Notes: generated from the letters alone by a model not told the origin. A stretch of 64,000 bases of DNA from Callorhinchus milii (GCF_018977255.1 NW_024704743.1:68946001-69010000); one strand, 5' to 3'; positions 27,046 through 42,200 are shown, counted from the stretch's first letter. A program made the numbers and translations.

Positions 27046-28841
27046 GTAGTATCTACATGTTCCAGCAGAAGGGGAACATTCAGTGGAACTACAACAATAA
27101 TTTGCATTTATATAGCATTCTTCACGCTGGACCGGGTCTTGGAGCTCTCGGAGCACTAGGGAACTACCTTAGGGATGTGATCAGGTTGGCCATCACATCA
27201 AGCTCTCTTATGGAAATGGGGTCAAGGCTTACAGGGGCCATTTCAATGAGTGGCCATAGCTTATCGCTGGCACAGGTTCAATTGTAATCCTTAATTCTTG
27301 CACTATGCAAGCAGCACTACTGAGAGACAAAAATTGCTAGAGACAATGTGAAAAGTAGAGAGCATGTGTGAGAGAGGGCGAGAGAGATAAAAATATAAAA
27401 TAATTCATTTTGAAAACCTATCTATTGAAAAATATAGCAACAGTTATTTGAGGATCTCAGTCTGGTCAGAATCATCCTCTGTAATATTCACAGTAATTAG
27501 ACAAATGAGACCAAAAATAGATAAGTACATTTAAAATGATGACAGATGTCCAGCAACATTCGTTCTTTTTCTCAACTCTTCTGAAATTTTCTTCCCTCTT
27601 TTCCTGTGAATCTTGACACAGGAATGGTTCCACGGGTACTGGCTACCTTCCGGTCCTCACCTTTTACTCTTCTTCATACAGGAGCCCAGCTAGTCACTAT
27701 TGTTAAACTGTTCACCCCTTTCTGACCACACCTTATATAATCCTTGCATTTGAGAAAGTGCCTTATCACGTTTTCGAGACGTCTCAAAGCACTTCATAGA
27801 ATATACTGTAAATATAGAATATACTTCATAGAATATACTGTAAAGTGAATTGTATATTTTGCGGGTGAAACATCATTACATCCCAGCAATGGTCACTGAT
27901 TTGTCAGGAGCAGGAACTATAGCTGATTTTGCTCTCCCTCACCTAATGTGCTGAAGCAAAATAAAATCTATTTTACAAACTGCTTTAAGCTTTTTTTTTT
28001 ACCTTTGTCCAATTGGTGTAACACCAAGTCACCAGACCAGGAAGCCCCTAAGTTTGAATCCCTTTGTAGGGATTGTAGGTTGAATCAGCTGAACTTACAC
28101 AGAACAGCAATTTGGATCTTCATGCCCATGGGTCGGGAAAGGAATTAGCTAGAATTCCCAGTTCTAATTGCTATCCAAATACACTTATTAGAAAGTGGAT
28201 GTGTTTCGACATTGAATTAGGAGATAAAATATGCGTCCCATGGTTGTATAGGTTATTCATTCTTCTGACTGCACTAAGTGATGAATTTGACACACAAAAC
28301 CATCTCGCATGAGAAATATTTGCATACAGTTATTAAATACTGCATATATTTGCAATCTCTGTGTACATCTATAGATCAACAATGAAGAGCTTGGAATGAG
28401 TTACTTGAATGCTGGACTAGCTGAACTCTATAAACCTGGAGCCACTTTTCTTTTTTTTTGTCAGCCGAGTGCCTGATATATGCGGAAACCCATCACAATG
28501 CTTAAGAGTATCAAGACCAAGTTGATGCATCCCACCTAAACTTCATTTATCTGATGACAGAAAGGCATTTTTTTGCTAAATAATTATTTCAAGAATGCAA
28601 AATGGCACCAGAGAGACCCAGAACCCCAAAGTGCTGACCAGATTAATAACATCAATACAAATAATCCTTACATTTACTAAGAATAACTTGTACTTATGAA
28701 GTACCTTGAATATAAAATAAATGTTTCTAAGTGTTTTACAAAATAAAATTGCTGAAAAATCAAAGTAAATATTGTTATGGAGACAAACATGATGGCCAAT
28801 TTTCACCAGCCACATTCCCAAAACAACGAGATGACAAGTTA

Positions 28842-29249
<408 letters not shown>

Positions 29250-29339
29250 TTAGGATTTCTTTGCCACAGGTGAATCTTAGAATTCCAAAGAAGTTTTTAA
29301 GAGCAATACTAAAATTCCTGTTGCACTTTTCTATTATCA

Positions 29340-30003
29340 TAGAGGCAGCGAGGCGGAGGGTCGAGGCGGAGGGACTACCGGATGGAGTTCCAGAGGGTGG
29401 GGGCGGAGTGGCGGAAGGCCCGTCCACCGATAGTGGGGCGAGCAAGGCGGGAGCCGTGAGGCCAGAGCCCGCTGAGCAGAGGGAGCGAACAGGATGGTAG
29501 GGAGTTAGGAGGTCGGAGAGATAGGGGGGAGCAAGACCATGGAGGGCTTTGAAGGTGAGTACCAGGATCTTGAACTGTATCTTCTGTGTGATGGGAAACC
29601 GGTGGAGTCGGGCGAGGATGGGGGTGATAGGGACACGGAGCCTAGTGGGGAGAGGACACAGGCTGCAGAGTTCTGGATGATCTGCAGCCTGTGGAGGGAG
29701 GAGTTGGGGAGCCCGACAAGCAGTGCGTTTGCATGATCAAGCCTCAATGTAATGAAAGTGTGTATGAGGGTTTTGGCGCCTGTGGTGAGACAGTGTCGGA
29801 GCCGGGCGACGTTGCGGAGGTGGGGGAAGGCAGAGCAGGTCATGGTGCAGATGTGGGGGAGAAAGGATAGTTTAGGGTCAAACAAAACCCCAAGGTTCCG
29901 GAATGGCTCAGCAAGGTGGAGTGTGCAGCCATGGATGGTGATACTGTGAGCGCCTGAGGTGAGGAGGCACTGACGGGAGCCAATCAAGAGAGCCTCGGTC
30001 TAG
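29340..30003 (-). mobile_element. L2-clade LINE ORF2 fragment
   Basis: ORF 29505..29987 reads RNLGVLFDPKLSFLPHI..LRNVARLR..LIHTFITLRLD..LQIIQNSAA. Confidence 0.9.
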
Positions 30004-30664
30004 GGCATCTATTACTTGACTTGACATTAAGAAATAATAATCATTATAATCCTTGCATTTGATGCGTTTCATAATAGCAGAGAATGTGTCAAAGCGCTTT
30101 CCATGATATACTGCAAAGAATAGTGACCCTGTATTTTGTGGGCAAATGTGACAGCCAATTTGCATTCAGCAATGTTCCACAAATATGAAGTGAAAAATGG
30201 AGTTGAATCTTACCAGGCACCAAAATGGCATTTGTGAAATAACATTTGTGATACATCGCAGGGTCCAATTTGTGATATTTGCAACAGGATTTATAATTAA
30301 AGGAAACTAAATGTTTACTTGAATGTGCTTCAAACTGAGTCTTTGGAACTCTGCTCAAACATTGATCTCCTGCCAGGAGCCTCCTTTGACCCCAAGCAAG
30401 CTTCATGGAAGTAGAAACAGAGATTGATATCCAGATGGTTTGCCCAAGACATTCATCTACTCATAGACTTTGCTAGACACACTAGAACCCCATTATAACA
30501 AGTTTTATTAGAAATGATGTGTAGACCCCACATTTATTTACCAAACAAAATATGAGCAGAAATCTATTTTCACAATTCAACGGGCTTCCCTCGTGCAAAA
30601 CAATGGCTTATTTTGAGATCTATGAAGCACTTTAGACGTCTCGAAGACGCGATAAGGTGCTATA

Positions 30665-30965
30665 ATAATAATAATAATCCTTGCATTTGATATAGCGCTT
30701 TTCACGTCGGGAGGACATCCCAAAGTGCTTCACAGGACACACTGTAAAGTGAATTGACTGTATATTTGTGGGCGAACGCGGCAGCCAATTGCGCACAGCA
30801 TTGTCCCACAAACAGTCATAGATTGAAAATGACCAATTTATTATTGTTTTTGGTTTTTAGAGGGATTATTATTAGGCGTGTAGAGTAAGGAAACTTACCC
30901 AAGGTTTCGCCCTGCCTGGAATTGAACTCAGGTCTCTCACTTGCAAAGCGAGTGCTCTAACCACT
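30665..30965 (-). mobile_element. Young SINE nested in the tail of an older, opposite-strand SINE (about 30620-30990)
   Basis: The host tail gataaggtgc-tata...tata-tcaaatgcaagg is split by the insert. Confidence 0.88.
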
Positions 30966-33900
30966 TTATATATCAAATGCAAGGATTATTATTGTTATTA
31001 TCATCAGATCACTTCTAACATCACATCCTGTATGAGCAGGAAATTTTACATCCTTCCTTTGGAAAAGCATCTTTTTCCACTGATGACAAAGCAGAGTCTG
31101 GGAAATCGCTCTGTAGGGATTTGTGGGCAGGAGCCACCTCCTACAACTCTATGGAGCACAAGCACTATATCCTTCTCCTTGGCATCTCTGGAATAAACCA
31201 GAGGCCCATAATGCTACTTATCTTCACTTGTAAGACCATTTTGCAGTAAAACTTAAAGAGTGCCCAGAATTGTAAAAAAACTCTTCAATTTTCTCTGAAT
31301 TCGTGTGAATGGATGAACATATTGCAAGTCTATTCACTCTGTCCTTGGGTAAAATAGGACACATCCCTTTATGAGAAAAGCCGGCAATGGTCAAGGACAA
31401 GTGTGGAGGGAGCGTGGATATAAAAAGAAGCATGGGTGGGGTGGGGAGGAAGGAATGGAGAGTGGTGTATGACTGGAGAGACTCAACAACTGGAACTGCA
31501 GGTTTAAAGGATCTGTGGGTTTAGACAAAGTTATTATTTGGTTTTGGAAACGGGTTTTGTGAATTTTTGTTTATTCTGTGAATAAAATGCTGGTTTAATT
31601 TCAAATTTGTGATGGAAAGTGGTCTTTGGAGGAACCATGGGGACTGTTTGCTCACTAATTTGAAGCAGGTTTTCCACATTTTTTAGAAATTGACCAAATT
31701 TAAGAATTTTCCACAATTCTTGTGATAGTACATTTAAATACAAAATAGTTTAATATGCTAAGATGAAGTGGAATTTATATTAATAATAATCCTTGCACTT
31801 AATATCGTGTCTTTCACATTGGGATGTCTCAAAGTGCTTCACAGGATTTACTGTAAACAACAACAACAAAATTACATTTGTAAAGCGCCTTTCACATTGG
31901 GAGGACATCCCAAGGCGCTGTGACCCTTTATTCACAGAATAAAGGGTAGTGACTAAAGGATAGTGACTGTGAATTTCAATCCTCTCAAATTCATTAATTT
32001 AAAGGATAACACAATGACATAAAAAACATTTCTTTTTCATTTAAGGGCTTGCGGTAATGGATGTGTGGATATAATTCAGATTCTCAGTCAGTGCACAGCT
32101 GGTCTTTGCTGAGTTAAGTTCTTGGTTGGTTGCACCGGTTTATAGACAGGATACACGCAGCTGCGGAATATCAGGGAAGGGACAGAGCCCAACTGTGCCA
32201 GATAGAAATGACAATATAGAAAAAACAACTGCAGTATGTAAAATGCAGTTGCTGCTTTCACCAAATGTGATGTTATTGTTGCTATGCCGTCCACATCAAT
32301 AGAAAAATCAAATTCCCTGTTACAAACATGTACAGACCAGCAGCAATTTAAACAAATACTAGTTAGCATTGTGGAATTATAAAATCAAGATAAACTGCAT
32401 TTAATTTCTTGGAAAAATACCTACTCTAAACAATAAACATCAGCTGTTGAGATTGTGGAGTTTGTCAGTGCACAACCTTGCTGTGCCTTTGCATGCCTTG
32501 TTCATGCTCTGTGGTGACCCTCCTTGGGATGAGGTAAGCACGGTCTCCTTGGGTCCTAGCTGGTGTTCACAATGGCAATGGTTTTAACTGGTGAAACTCC
32601 ACTAATTTGCGATTCTGAATCCTTGGCTTTCACCAACCTGCTTCCTAATAGTTCTGGGATTGAGCAAACAGCGTGCTTCCGTCTCAGGAGAGAACAATTC
32701 CAGAAAAAAGGGAAATTTTCATTCCTTTGTTGAACTCTCAGTCTAATGTGGGTATTCAACAAAAGTGATGGGTTTCCTTGTGTCTCAGACATTTGGCTGA
32801 TCAAAACAAATCCTAGATTATTTTACGTATTGAGCCCAAAATTCATGAGACTATTTTACCCAGAGAGTGGTTGAAAAGATCAAAGGCTAAGTCAACTTGT
32901 GCTACTCCTGGGTACTCACTATGTGAGTGGAGCAGAATTATCTATGAGGCAGCAATGAGGAGAAGTTCTACCTCGATTCACTAATTTATTTATGTAGAAT
33001 TTCTGAGAGTCCTGAATGTTAACACCTTAAATACAACCTTAATTTTGAAGCTACATTTCTGTAATTTCTTTTAAGAACTACAGAATGCCAACTTCAAAGA
33101 ATGAATTTAACATTTTGCCAAAGTTTGGACATGTTAAAATGTTCTATAAATAGACTAAAGCTAGATATAGTTGGAATGTCTCTTCACAGAAAAGTAGTCT
33201 TATCAACCTGCCAGCAATTCTTCCCACAGGTGCACAGCATTTTGGAAGGAAATTTGAAACATATTTATTTTTGTCAGACTATGGAAAGAGGGGAAATCAG
33301 CCATAGTGGAACTACCATGCTGGATGCTGCCCTGACAATCCATAGAGACAGGCCATCAGAGGATGAAGATGAATTTAAGTGGAAACACCCTGGGTTGAAA
33401 GAAGGTTGCTCACTGGTTTCTGATCAGGATCATTTTCAAATTCACTGAAAATCCACCTTCTGCTGTGTCAACTGGGCAAGCCAACATCTATCCTGGGATC
33501 AAAGTAGCCATTGTCATTGTGCATCTGGGTGAGACCAGTCTGCACACCTGCCAAAAATATTTTGAATGACCTGAAGTCTCTTGGCACTCCTTCCTCCAGT
33601 GGGCTTTGGATATGAGATGGAAATGAATGAGAAAGATTCTGTCTAATACATCCCTCTGTCATTTTTCAGACAATTCCCTGGCTTGAATGTTGCAATACAG
33701 AGACAGCTTTGGGGATGAATGCTCATAATGAGCATAATGTCCTGCTGTATTTCACAGAACAGACTTGGGTGTCTCGCTGAATGCAGCCACTTCCAGTGCA
33801 GTGATCTGCTCCTCTTCCCCTTCACCATTTTCCTCCTCGAGATCACCCTCAAGTTAGGTTTATGCCTGAAGACCTTCCTCTTTGAACAAGCTTATGGTCA

Positions 33901-34075
33901 CCTCCCCCCTCCCGGCATTGTGCTCTGCCACTGTCAAGCTCTCTGGGACGTTATCCTGCGCGAGAGGCTCTATATAAATGCAAGTTGTTGTTGTTGTTGT
34001 CGGTCCTCAGCAAGAGAGGAAAAATTGTCATGGAAAATCGTTTTAGAATCCACTTCTTCATATTAGTTTGTAAAG

Positions 34076-34293
34076 CAATGGTGGCCAACCTTTTTGGTCG
34101 GCCAACCTTTTTGGTCAGCCAACAAAATAAATGTTCTTGATTTAATTTTTTTCTTTATTTATGCCATAGATCAAGAAAAAAACACTGATTCAAAACAGAC
34201 TCACCTAGACTAGCGCAATTGTTTGGAGGGGGCCACTTATTGATGTCATCGTGGCCCACTTACAGCCCACAGGCCATTGGTTGGCCATCAACG
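34076..34293. mobile_element. hAT-type MITE with a perfect 8-bp target-site duplication
   Basis: TIRs CAATGGTGGCCAACC...GGTTGGCCATCAACG flanked by TTGTAAAG at 34068-34075 and 34294-34301. Confidence 0.85.
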
Positions 34294-34506
34294 TTGTAAA
34301 GTAATGAAATCGCACAAGCAAACCCTGCAACTCTATAACAGTCTCAATTATTCTGTGTGAATGAAAGAAGATTTTTTTGTGCTTTATTCTGTCAGAAGAG
34401 GTTCTTTCTGGTAATTGGATGTATGTTGGCTGACTTGGAGGAACACTGCTCCTTCGACTTTGACCTTCTGCTCCAGGGTGGAATTCCAAAAAGCCATTGG
34501 GAATTT

Positions 34507-34818
34507 GGAGTCCTTGTAGCTCAGTGGTTAGAGCTCTTGCCTCGCAAGCAAGAGACCTGGGTTCGATTCCCGGCAGGGTGAAACCTTGGACAAGTTTCCT
34601 TACTCCACACGCCTGATAATAATCCCTCAAGAAAAAAAACAATAATAAATTGGTCACGTCAATCCATGACTGTTGTGGGACACTGATGTGTGCAATTGGC
34701 TGCCGCGTTTCACCCACATATACAGTCAATTCACTTTACTGTATATTCTATGAAGTGCTTTGAGACGTCTCGAAGACGTGAAAAGTGCTATATCAAATGC
34801 AAGGATTATTATTATTAT
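34507..34818 (+). mobile_element. Full-length tRNA-derived SINE (short form, TCGAA loop)
   Basis: A box TAGCTCAGTGG, B box GGTTCGATTCC, tail gagacgtctcgaagacgtgaaaag and (TAT)n. Confidence 0.92.
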
Positions 34819-36269
34819 TTATATAATTCTAACAGAATTCCTTCATTAAGAAATTTTGTTAAAAATTACTTCAAATGAGACCTCCTCCTCATTATTCAAG
34901 GCAATAGAATTTATTTCTGGCAAATGTTTTGCTTGTATATTAGTGAAGTTCTAAAACAAAACATTCTATATAACTTACCAAAATAGAAGCTGAAAATGCT
35001 GGCTCCCTCGCCATGTAAGACAGAAAAAAAAAATTGGCCACTCTTCTACGCTGTCATTTGAAGCTTACCCTCTTTCATTACAGACATCCTTACAATCCTA
35101 GAAATTGTTTGATTAAGTCTATGGTTATGGACTGAACTAGTCCAAGGTCTGTGGAAGCAGTTGGTATTTCTGACATTGTGCTGACCAATTAATTTTTACT
35201 TGGATTACATTTTATATTTGCTAAATTCTTTGACAATTGTATCATTCTAAAGGTTAAATGTTCAGATCACTGAAGCAGTGTTTGAATCAAATAGTATAGA
35301 TGCATTTATGAATAAGTTAGATATGCACCTGAGGAAGAAGAGAACAGAAGGGTGCGGAAGGGGTGGAGACTCAGGTGGAATATAAACACCAGCACAGACT
35401 AGTTGGGCCAATTGGCCTGTTTCCATATTGAACATTCTGAGTAATAATCCTTGTTTATCCGCTTCCAGTTGTCATTTTGGTATTTTGTGTGCTTCGCCTG
35501 CAGAATCTCAACTTCAGTGTTACATATTCAGTAAGATAAACAAGTCCCATTAAATTATAAAGAATTCAAAAAAGCTTGCCAGTGGAATGCTTAGCTTGCT
35601 GCTGGTGCCAAATAAATACTGCATTTTACAACACAAATATAAAGTGTAGCTGGTTTGAAGGGTTTAATATTGAAAAATTACTCAAAGCAGCTCGTGCTCT
35701 ATTGATGGAAAACAGGTCCTAAACTGCCAAGCAGAAATAGTTCTGAAATCAAAAACAATCTTTCCAACACAATGAAACTCTGAGCCTCCAAATGTTTCAA
35801 AATGCCAAAGAGTTAGGGGAAAAATCAATCCTTTTCATTTTGTACTTTCCATGGTGAATTGCTGTGAAAAGTGTACTGTGAATTAGGTTGAGGATGCACT
35901 GTTGGCAGCACACTGACTTGCAGCACTGGAGTGTAAACGCAAAATAAATCAATTGGTTTGGGCCTATTTTGAAATAGTGTCCAAAAAGTTTAATAGGCTG
36001 TTTTGCACCAGTGTGGTGAGCAGATTTATTATTGAGCTGGCTTGCTCTCCCAAATCTGTCCAGAATGTTTGTATATCAGTTAATGGTCCTGCGAGTATGA
36101 AAGAATCAGCATCATGCATTGAGACTAGAACAAGAGGACATAGATTTCAGGACGTCAAAGGCAATTTCATGAGGTTTCCCTTTATCCAGAGGGTAATCAA
36201 CAACTGGAACAGGTTGCCAGGAAAGGTGGTAGACACTGGACTCATTTAAAAAAGCAGCTTGATGCAGTG

Positions 36270-36606
36270 ATAATAATAATAATAATCCTTGCATTCGATA
36301 GAGTGCCTTATCACAGCTTCGAGATGTTTCAAAGATCTTCACAGAATATACTGTAAACTGAATTGACTATATATTTTGTGGTTGAAACGCAGCAGCCAAT
36401 TGCACAAAGCGTATCCCAAAACAGTTGTGGATTGAGTGACCAATTATTACCCCCCAGAAAAGCGATCCGACGGGTTCCTACCTCCTGCTATGTAAACAGG
36501 TGTGTGGAGTAAGGAAATTTGCACAAGGCTTCGCCCTGCCAGGAATTGAATCTAGATCTCTCGCTTGCAAGGCGAGTGCTCTTAACACTGAGCTACAGGA
36601 CTCCAC
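36270..36606 (-). mobile_element. tRNA-derived SINE (long-form derivative) next to a CR1 fragment (about 36115-36265, plus strand)
   Basis: Family motifs; the neighbouring CR1 fragment reads TRTRGH..FIQRVINNWNRLPGKVV. Confidence 0.85.
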
Positions 36607-37765
36607 ATGGGGGGACGGTAGAGTGGGTGTTCTGGAGGGATGAGATCAGACAGGATAAAAGGTCTTCTTCATGCAGCGCAATCTTGTGATCTGTGAGCCT
36701 TGGATGATGTATGTGTTGGTATCTGTTGCAGGTATGTATAGTGAGACGTATGGAGGATGCAGCAACAGGTGGAAGGTCTTCCACTTGGCTACAAAATATC
36801 TAGTGAGCCTAGGTTTTGAGTGGCATGTTTTCGTGGTTGCTTATGATGATTTCCCCCTTGCCTGAGGATGCCGTTTTCTCGTGTAACTATGTCACTGTTC
36901 TCAGAAGGCAACAGTTTTGGGGTTGGATTTAGAAGGCTTTGAAATTAATACAACTTTCGAGACAAGGAGCAGGGTTATTTGCCTTAGGTTATACATAACA
37001 TTGGAAATTTGTAAAACTAGTGCTAATTTCAGAAAAGCACAGCATAACTGAGGTAGAGTTATAAAGATATAGGGCTTTCTCGTGCCTTTTCATGACTTTA
37101 CAAACTGATATCAGGAAGTAGATTATAAAAAGGCTGTGATGAACACTACTATCACAATACTTTTACTTTACAGGACAATTGTTTAAAGCAAAATATATTT
37201 CACACCTACCAAACTTCAGACTCTGAAGAGGTGCTTTCTCCCTCATGAAGCACATTATTATAATAATAATCCTTACATTTGTTATAGCACCTTATCACAT
37301 CTTCGAGGCGTATCAAAGAGCTTCACAGAATATACTGTAAAGTGATTTGACTGTATATTTTGTGGGTGAAACACGGCAGACAATTGCGCACAGCAGTGTC
37401 CCACAAACAGTCAAGGATCGAGTGACCAAATTATTATTTGTATTTTATTTAAGGGATTATTAGACCTCCAGAATATTGGAGTCAACAATCAACAGATTAA
37501 ATCGAAGGGCCTCAAAAGCTTATTATTATAATAATAATAATTATAATTATTATCATCATCAATCATTCACTTAGGCCAAACAAGGCTCTTCTCAGGGGTT
37601 CCAGGTTTCTTGTATTGTAGGTCATTGCTTATTGCAATTGATTTTCATCTATGACCCCTTTTAAAGTTATCGTCACATTTTTAGCAATCTTGCACTGCCA
37701 TGATCTAAGTGCTTATGTGGTTTTCTACAACAACAACAAGATTATATTTTATAGCGATGGTTAGT

Positions 37766-38200
37766 TGGATCCTCATCCTCACCTACAAGGCCATTCACGG
37801 CCTCGCTCCCTCCTACCTCTCCGACCTACTATCTCCCCTATCTACCTGCCCGTACCCTTCGTTCCTCTGGCTCCAGTCTGCTCCACATCCCCCGCCCCAA
37901 CCGCCCTACCATCGGTGGCCGGGCCTTCAGCCTCTCAGCCCCGAGGCTCTGGAACTCTATCCCCCAGTGCCTTCGCCGCCTCCTCCCTTTCCTCCTTCAA
38001 GGCCGGTCTCAAGACCTTTCTCTTTGACCGAGCCTTCAGCTCCCCTCTCGACTCTCTACCCCCTCCTCGCTCCCTCCCTTCACTCCCCTCACCCTGACCA
38101 TTTCCCCCCTGCTCGGGTCCTGACCCAACTGTCCAGCGCTTTGGGACATCCTTCCGATGTGAAAGGCGCTCAATAAATGGAATCTTGTTGTTGTTGTTGT
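37766..38200 (+). mobile_element. L2-clade LINE 3' end
   Basis: ILILTYKAIHGLAPSYLSDLL..SFKAGLKTFLF; tail ttgggacatccttccgatgtgaaaggcgct plus (TTG)n. Confidence 0.9.
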
Positions 38201-39125
38201 AGTGTAGCAGCGATTGTAGCAAAAAAGACTGGATTTCTTGAAGTTATAACTGCTTTGTTTTAGAAGAACACCGTTTTCTTCATTTTTACTTGTCCTTTTC
38301 TCTGCCCTTTTAGCACCACCATGAGATGATGTGATGTTCATTAACAAAGTTCAAACTCTGTCCCAATCATTGAGGAAGACAAGTTAAATTATTTCACTTA
38401 ACATCTGATTAGATGTGTTAAACTTGTTTTCAGTGGAAGGCTGAAACGCTGTGTAATAGAATACGCAATGCTTAGGGCAACATGCACTTATTAAAACACA
38501 TAATTCCTGACAGTCAAAAGACAATACTATTTTTGCTCAATGTTACATGTTTAGTGTGAACTCAATCCTATCGTTTACCAAAATTGTTTCAGCTAAGGTC
38601 TGATCACAGGTGATTACTGTAACATTATTGTGGCAGTGGGATTTTGGTTAGTATTGGTGCAGCGCTGAGCTTCTTGGACTATCTAGCAGTGACTGAAGAT
38701 GAAACGTGAAAGACAATGCGAGGCACACTTGGTAAGGCACTGCTACGACAGCAAACCAACACCTCCAACTGAGATCAACTAGGTGAGCTTCTCAATTTCA
38801 TTCATTGCCAGAAGCAAGATGTGTTGTGACTGAACTTCTTCAGAGATTATTAACAATAATAATAGTGAGATAAAAATTGCTTTACAAAATACAACAATAA
38901 TAATAATAAATAATAAACTTCCTACAAGTAATGGAAGGTTTAAATATGAGGCTATGTTGCCATCAGGAGCTGAAGAGAATACCATTAAATGGCTACATAC
39001 TGAGGTACTCCTAAATATTTATTCTGAAAGATCATGCCATTCACGCGAGGTAGCAAACAATTACATGCAGTGTAACATTGTATTTATCTCACAGTTGTAT
39101 GTGGTTTGGGAGGGTTGTACACTTA

Positions 39126-39281
<156 letters not shown>

Positions 39282-42200
39282 TCAGAGATTATTATTAATA
39301 ATAATGAAAATTGCTGTACAAAATACAACTGTAAAATAAATATTGAATATTATATGTAATATGTTATTATATAATGTGTTATAAACAATAATAATTATTA
39401 TTGTTGTATTTTGTGTAGTGATTTTCATATCAGGAAGTTGTCTCAAAGCATTTCACAGGATTTTTTGCAGCAAAAGTGGCAGCTAACTAGGAGAAACACT
39501 CTTTTCTCTTCTAATAGTAACAGAGGGTCTTCTACTCCATCTGAAGAGGCAAATAACACCTGGGTTTAAACACCGGTTTGTGACATCTGTCAAAGTCTTG
39601 ATATGTGGTTGCTTTAGGTTTCAGCACAGATATCCTCCAATCAATCCCGTCTGCCAATCAGATGCAATTTCCGTCACTGAGTGAGTATGGTCAGATGTTC
39701 AGAATGGATTAACAGACTGGACAACTTCACATTAGTTGTATGTTCCATCTCAGAAAGTAACTGGAGGAATATGACAGAAGTATTTTGGCAATTTTGTGGG
39801 CAGACTCAATTTTCATTCGTAATGCTTTACTGAGGTCTGCAATGGTGAAAATTGAGGGAATAGAAGCCACTTTACCTCGCCACCTGGCCCCTTTGAAATG
39901 GAACAAAAATAAACTATCCTTCAACAGACATCTCCTCGATCTACACTCTATTGAGCTGCAATCTAATTGTAAGTTACTTTCAGAAAAGTGTTGTGGCTTT
40001 AAGCCACGTCCCAACAGTGGACTCATTGTCCCAGCCATACAGCTGTTTCCCTGTTGGCAACAAAGAATGGCTGTTGAACACATTGAAACTCTCGTAAATG
40101 TGCTTGTGTTAAAGTGTGATTCTCTCAGCAGCAAATTGTTAAAAGTAAACTATCTTAATAGGCGTGCATAGGAGCACCCAGCCAAGGTAGACGAATGACA
40201 AGGCTTGTTGGGTTCAGTATGGATTCAAAGCATCTCCATCATGATGATGATTTATTTTCATGACAGATGTTTCCCTTTATGCTGAATCTCAGATTGCTGC
40301 ATTTTTTAGAAAAAAAATAAAGAAAAAGTAACACAAAGACTCTTTGAAACTATAGATCTTCTCCCTGCTCTTTTTAAACTGAGGAATATTTGGAGCTGAA
40401 AATTCTGACTTTCCTAAGAGATATGATGTACTATCATCAAATAGTACCAAGGGTATAAATCAGAGGATGCTGAGAGTGCTGTTTACTATGCTCTGTGTTA
40501 TTCCATGGCATTCATCGGATTTGGTACCCAGGAACCTTTATATGTCGTATAATGCTGTGACACCAACCTAGACTAGAAAACAATTTATTTTGACCAATTT
40601 ATTTTTCTGCCATCACAAACTGATGAAACCTACATGGGGGGAACTAAGAACTTTAAAGGACCTCCCTCTCCCTCTTGGAAAGTTTGGATCTATAATAATA
40701 ACTGTTGCATTTGATATAACGCCTTATCACGGAAGGCAGACTGAATGTAAAAAGTCCAGATGAGGGAAGAATTGAGACTGAGTGTAAGGGGGAGCCAGGC
40801 CACTATGAAATTAGTTGAACTTGTCTGGTCAGTCTATTTGAAGCTATCTGCTGTGTTACTCAGGTTCTCAGCAATTAGATCTGTATTGCAATGTACATAC
40901 ATGGGCTGATGTGCATATGTGGGCTGACGCATATACAATGTAGCCTCAGATCTCCCCAAAGCAATAATTCTCACTCTCTGTGCATTGCTTGGACCACTGG
41001 CCTGCGTGACAGGACGATTGCTCCAAAAATGCGTGCAGAGATAGAGCTCTGGTCTCAGAGTACAACTCAAAGCGCATGGTGGGACCAGGGGTATATGTAT
41101 ATGTATTTTCATGCCTACCTGTCACATTAATAACTACAGTATCTTATTGCTGACATTTCTTCTGTATCTGTAACTACCAATTGTACTAGGGTCTAGCATT
41201 CCTCACTTCAATGATGGCAAATAGGTTTTCTCTTCAGCTTTGACCCTCTAATTCTGCCACACTCCAGCTCTGAGCCTCTGAATTGATACTGTCACTCTGA
41301 CATGGTAATACCCCATCTCTGTCCCTCTCATCATTACCACTCTCTCTTCAGTTCAGTCTCTGTCTCTATACATATGCTACTCCAATCATTGCTGCTCTCT
41401 CTTCAAATCAGTCCAAGAGATCACTGCTTTTGATCATTTTGGTGGCTGAGTAGGAGGAAAGCATTCGATTAGTGTTGAACCTCAATCCACAAAATGTTTT
41501 TAGTTGTCGTCCCTGAGAGAGCTGTTTCCTCCTCCTGAATTGAAGGATGACAAGGTCAAAGTCTTTAGCCTCTGCGTTACTGTGCCCATTGAGATGCGCT
41601 AAACAAGCACAGGCTAAAGATCAGCAGTAAGTAGAACCTTCCTTGCCTGGCACCAAGCCATTACATCAAACAGCTCTGAAAAGATGTCTGAAATATGTCA
41701 TTACAAGTTTAGGAGATAGGGCAGTATGACACAATTTGATGATTTGTAAATCAAACCCGAGTTTTTCCAGTCACTTGTTTGCTTGGTGATGAAGTTTAAA
41801 TGAGTTCTTTCTTTGTGAAAAAGCCTTCAGCAAAAGATTGAAAGGCAACATCGTGTCACTGCTGATACACTGCATTGTAGTATCATTTTTTCAGGGGCAG
41901 CTATCAATCCATTCAGTCTACCCACTCGTTACAAAATATCCCCTTCCTCAACACAAAAAGGCTATTGATTTTAATTTGTTACTGTAGGCAATTTTACTAT
42001 CCTCAAGCTTCATTTGCAGCTATGTAGAAACAATATACTGTATATATTTTATTGTGTTTTATTGTATATATTTTATATATAATGGTGGAAGCTGCCGGGC
42101 TTCGGTTTACCTCAGACGTCGGGTAAATCAGACAAAATGTCCAGCCCTGACGTGCCTGCCTTAAACACCGTCCACTGTATGTTTTTTTAAAAAATCAGCA

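Noticed and set aside
34507..34580. tRNA-Ala genes here and at the other SINE heads
   Set aside because: Each head continues into a SINE body and tail and carries copy-specific mutations.
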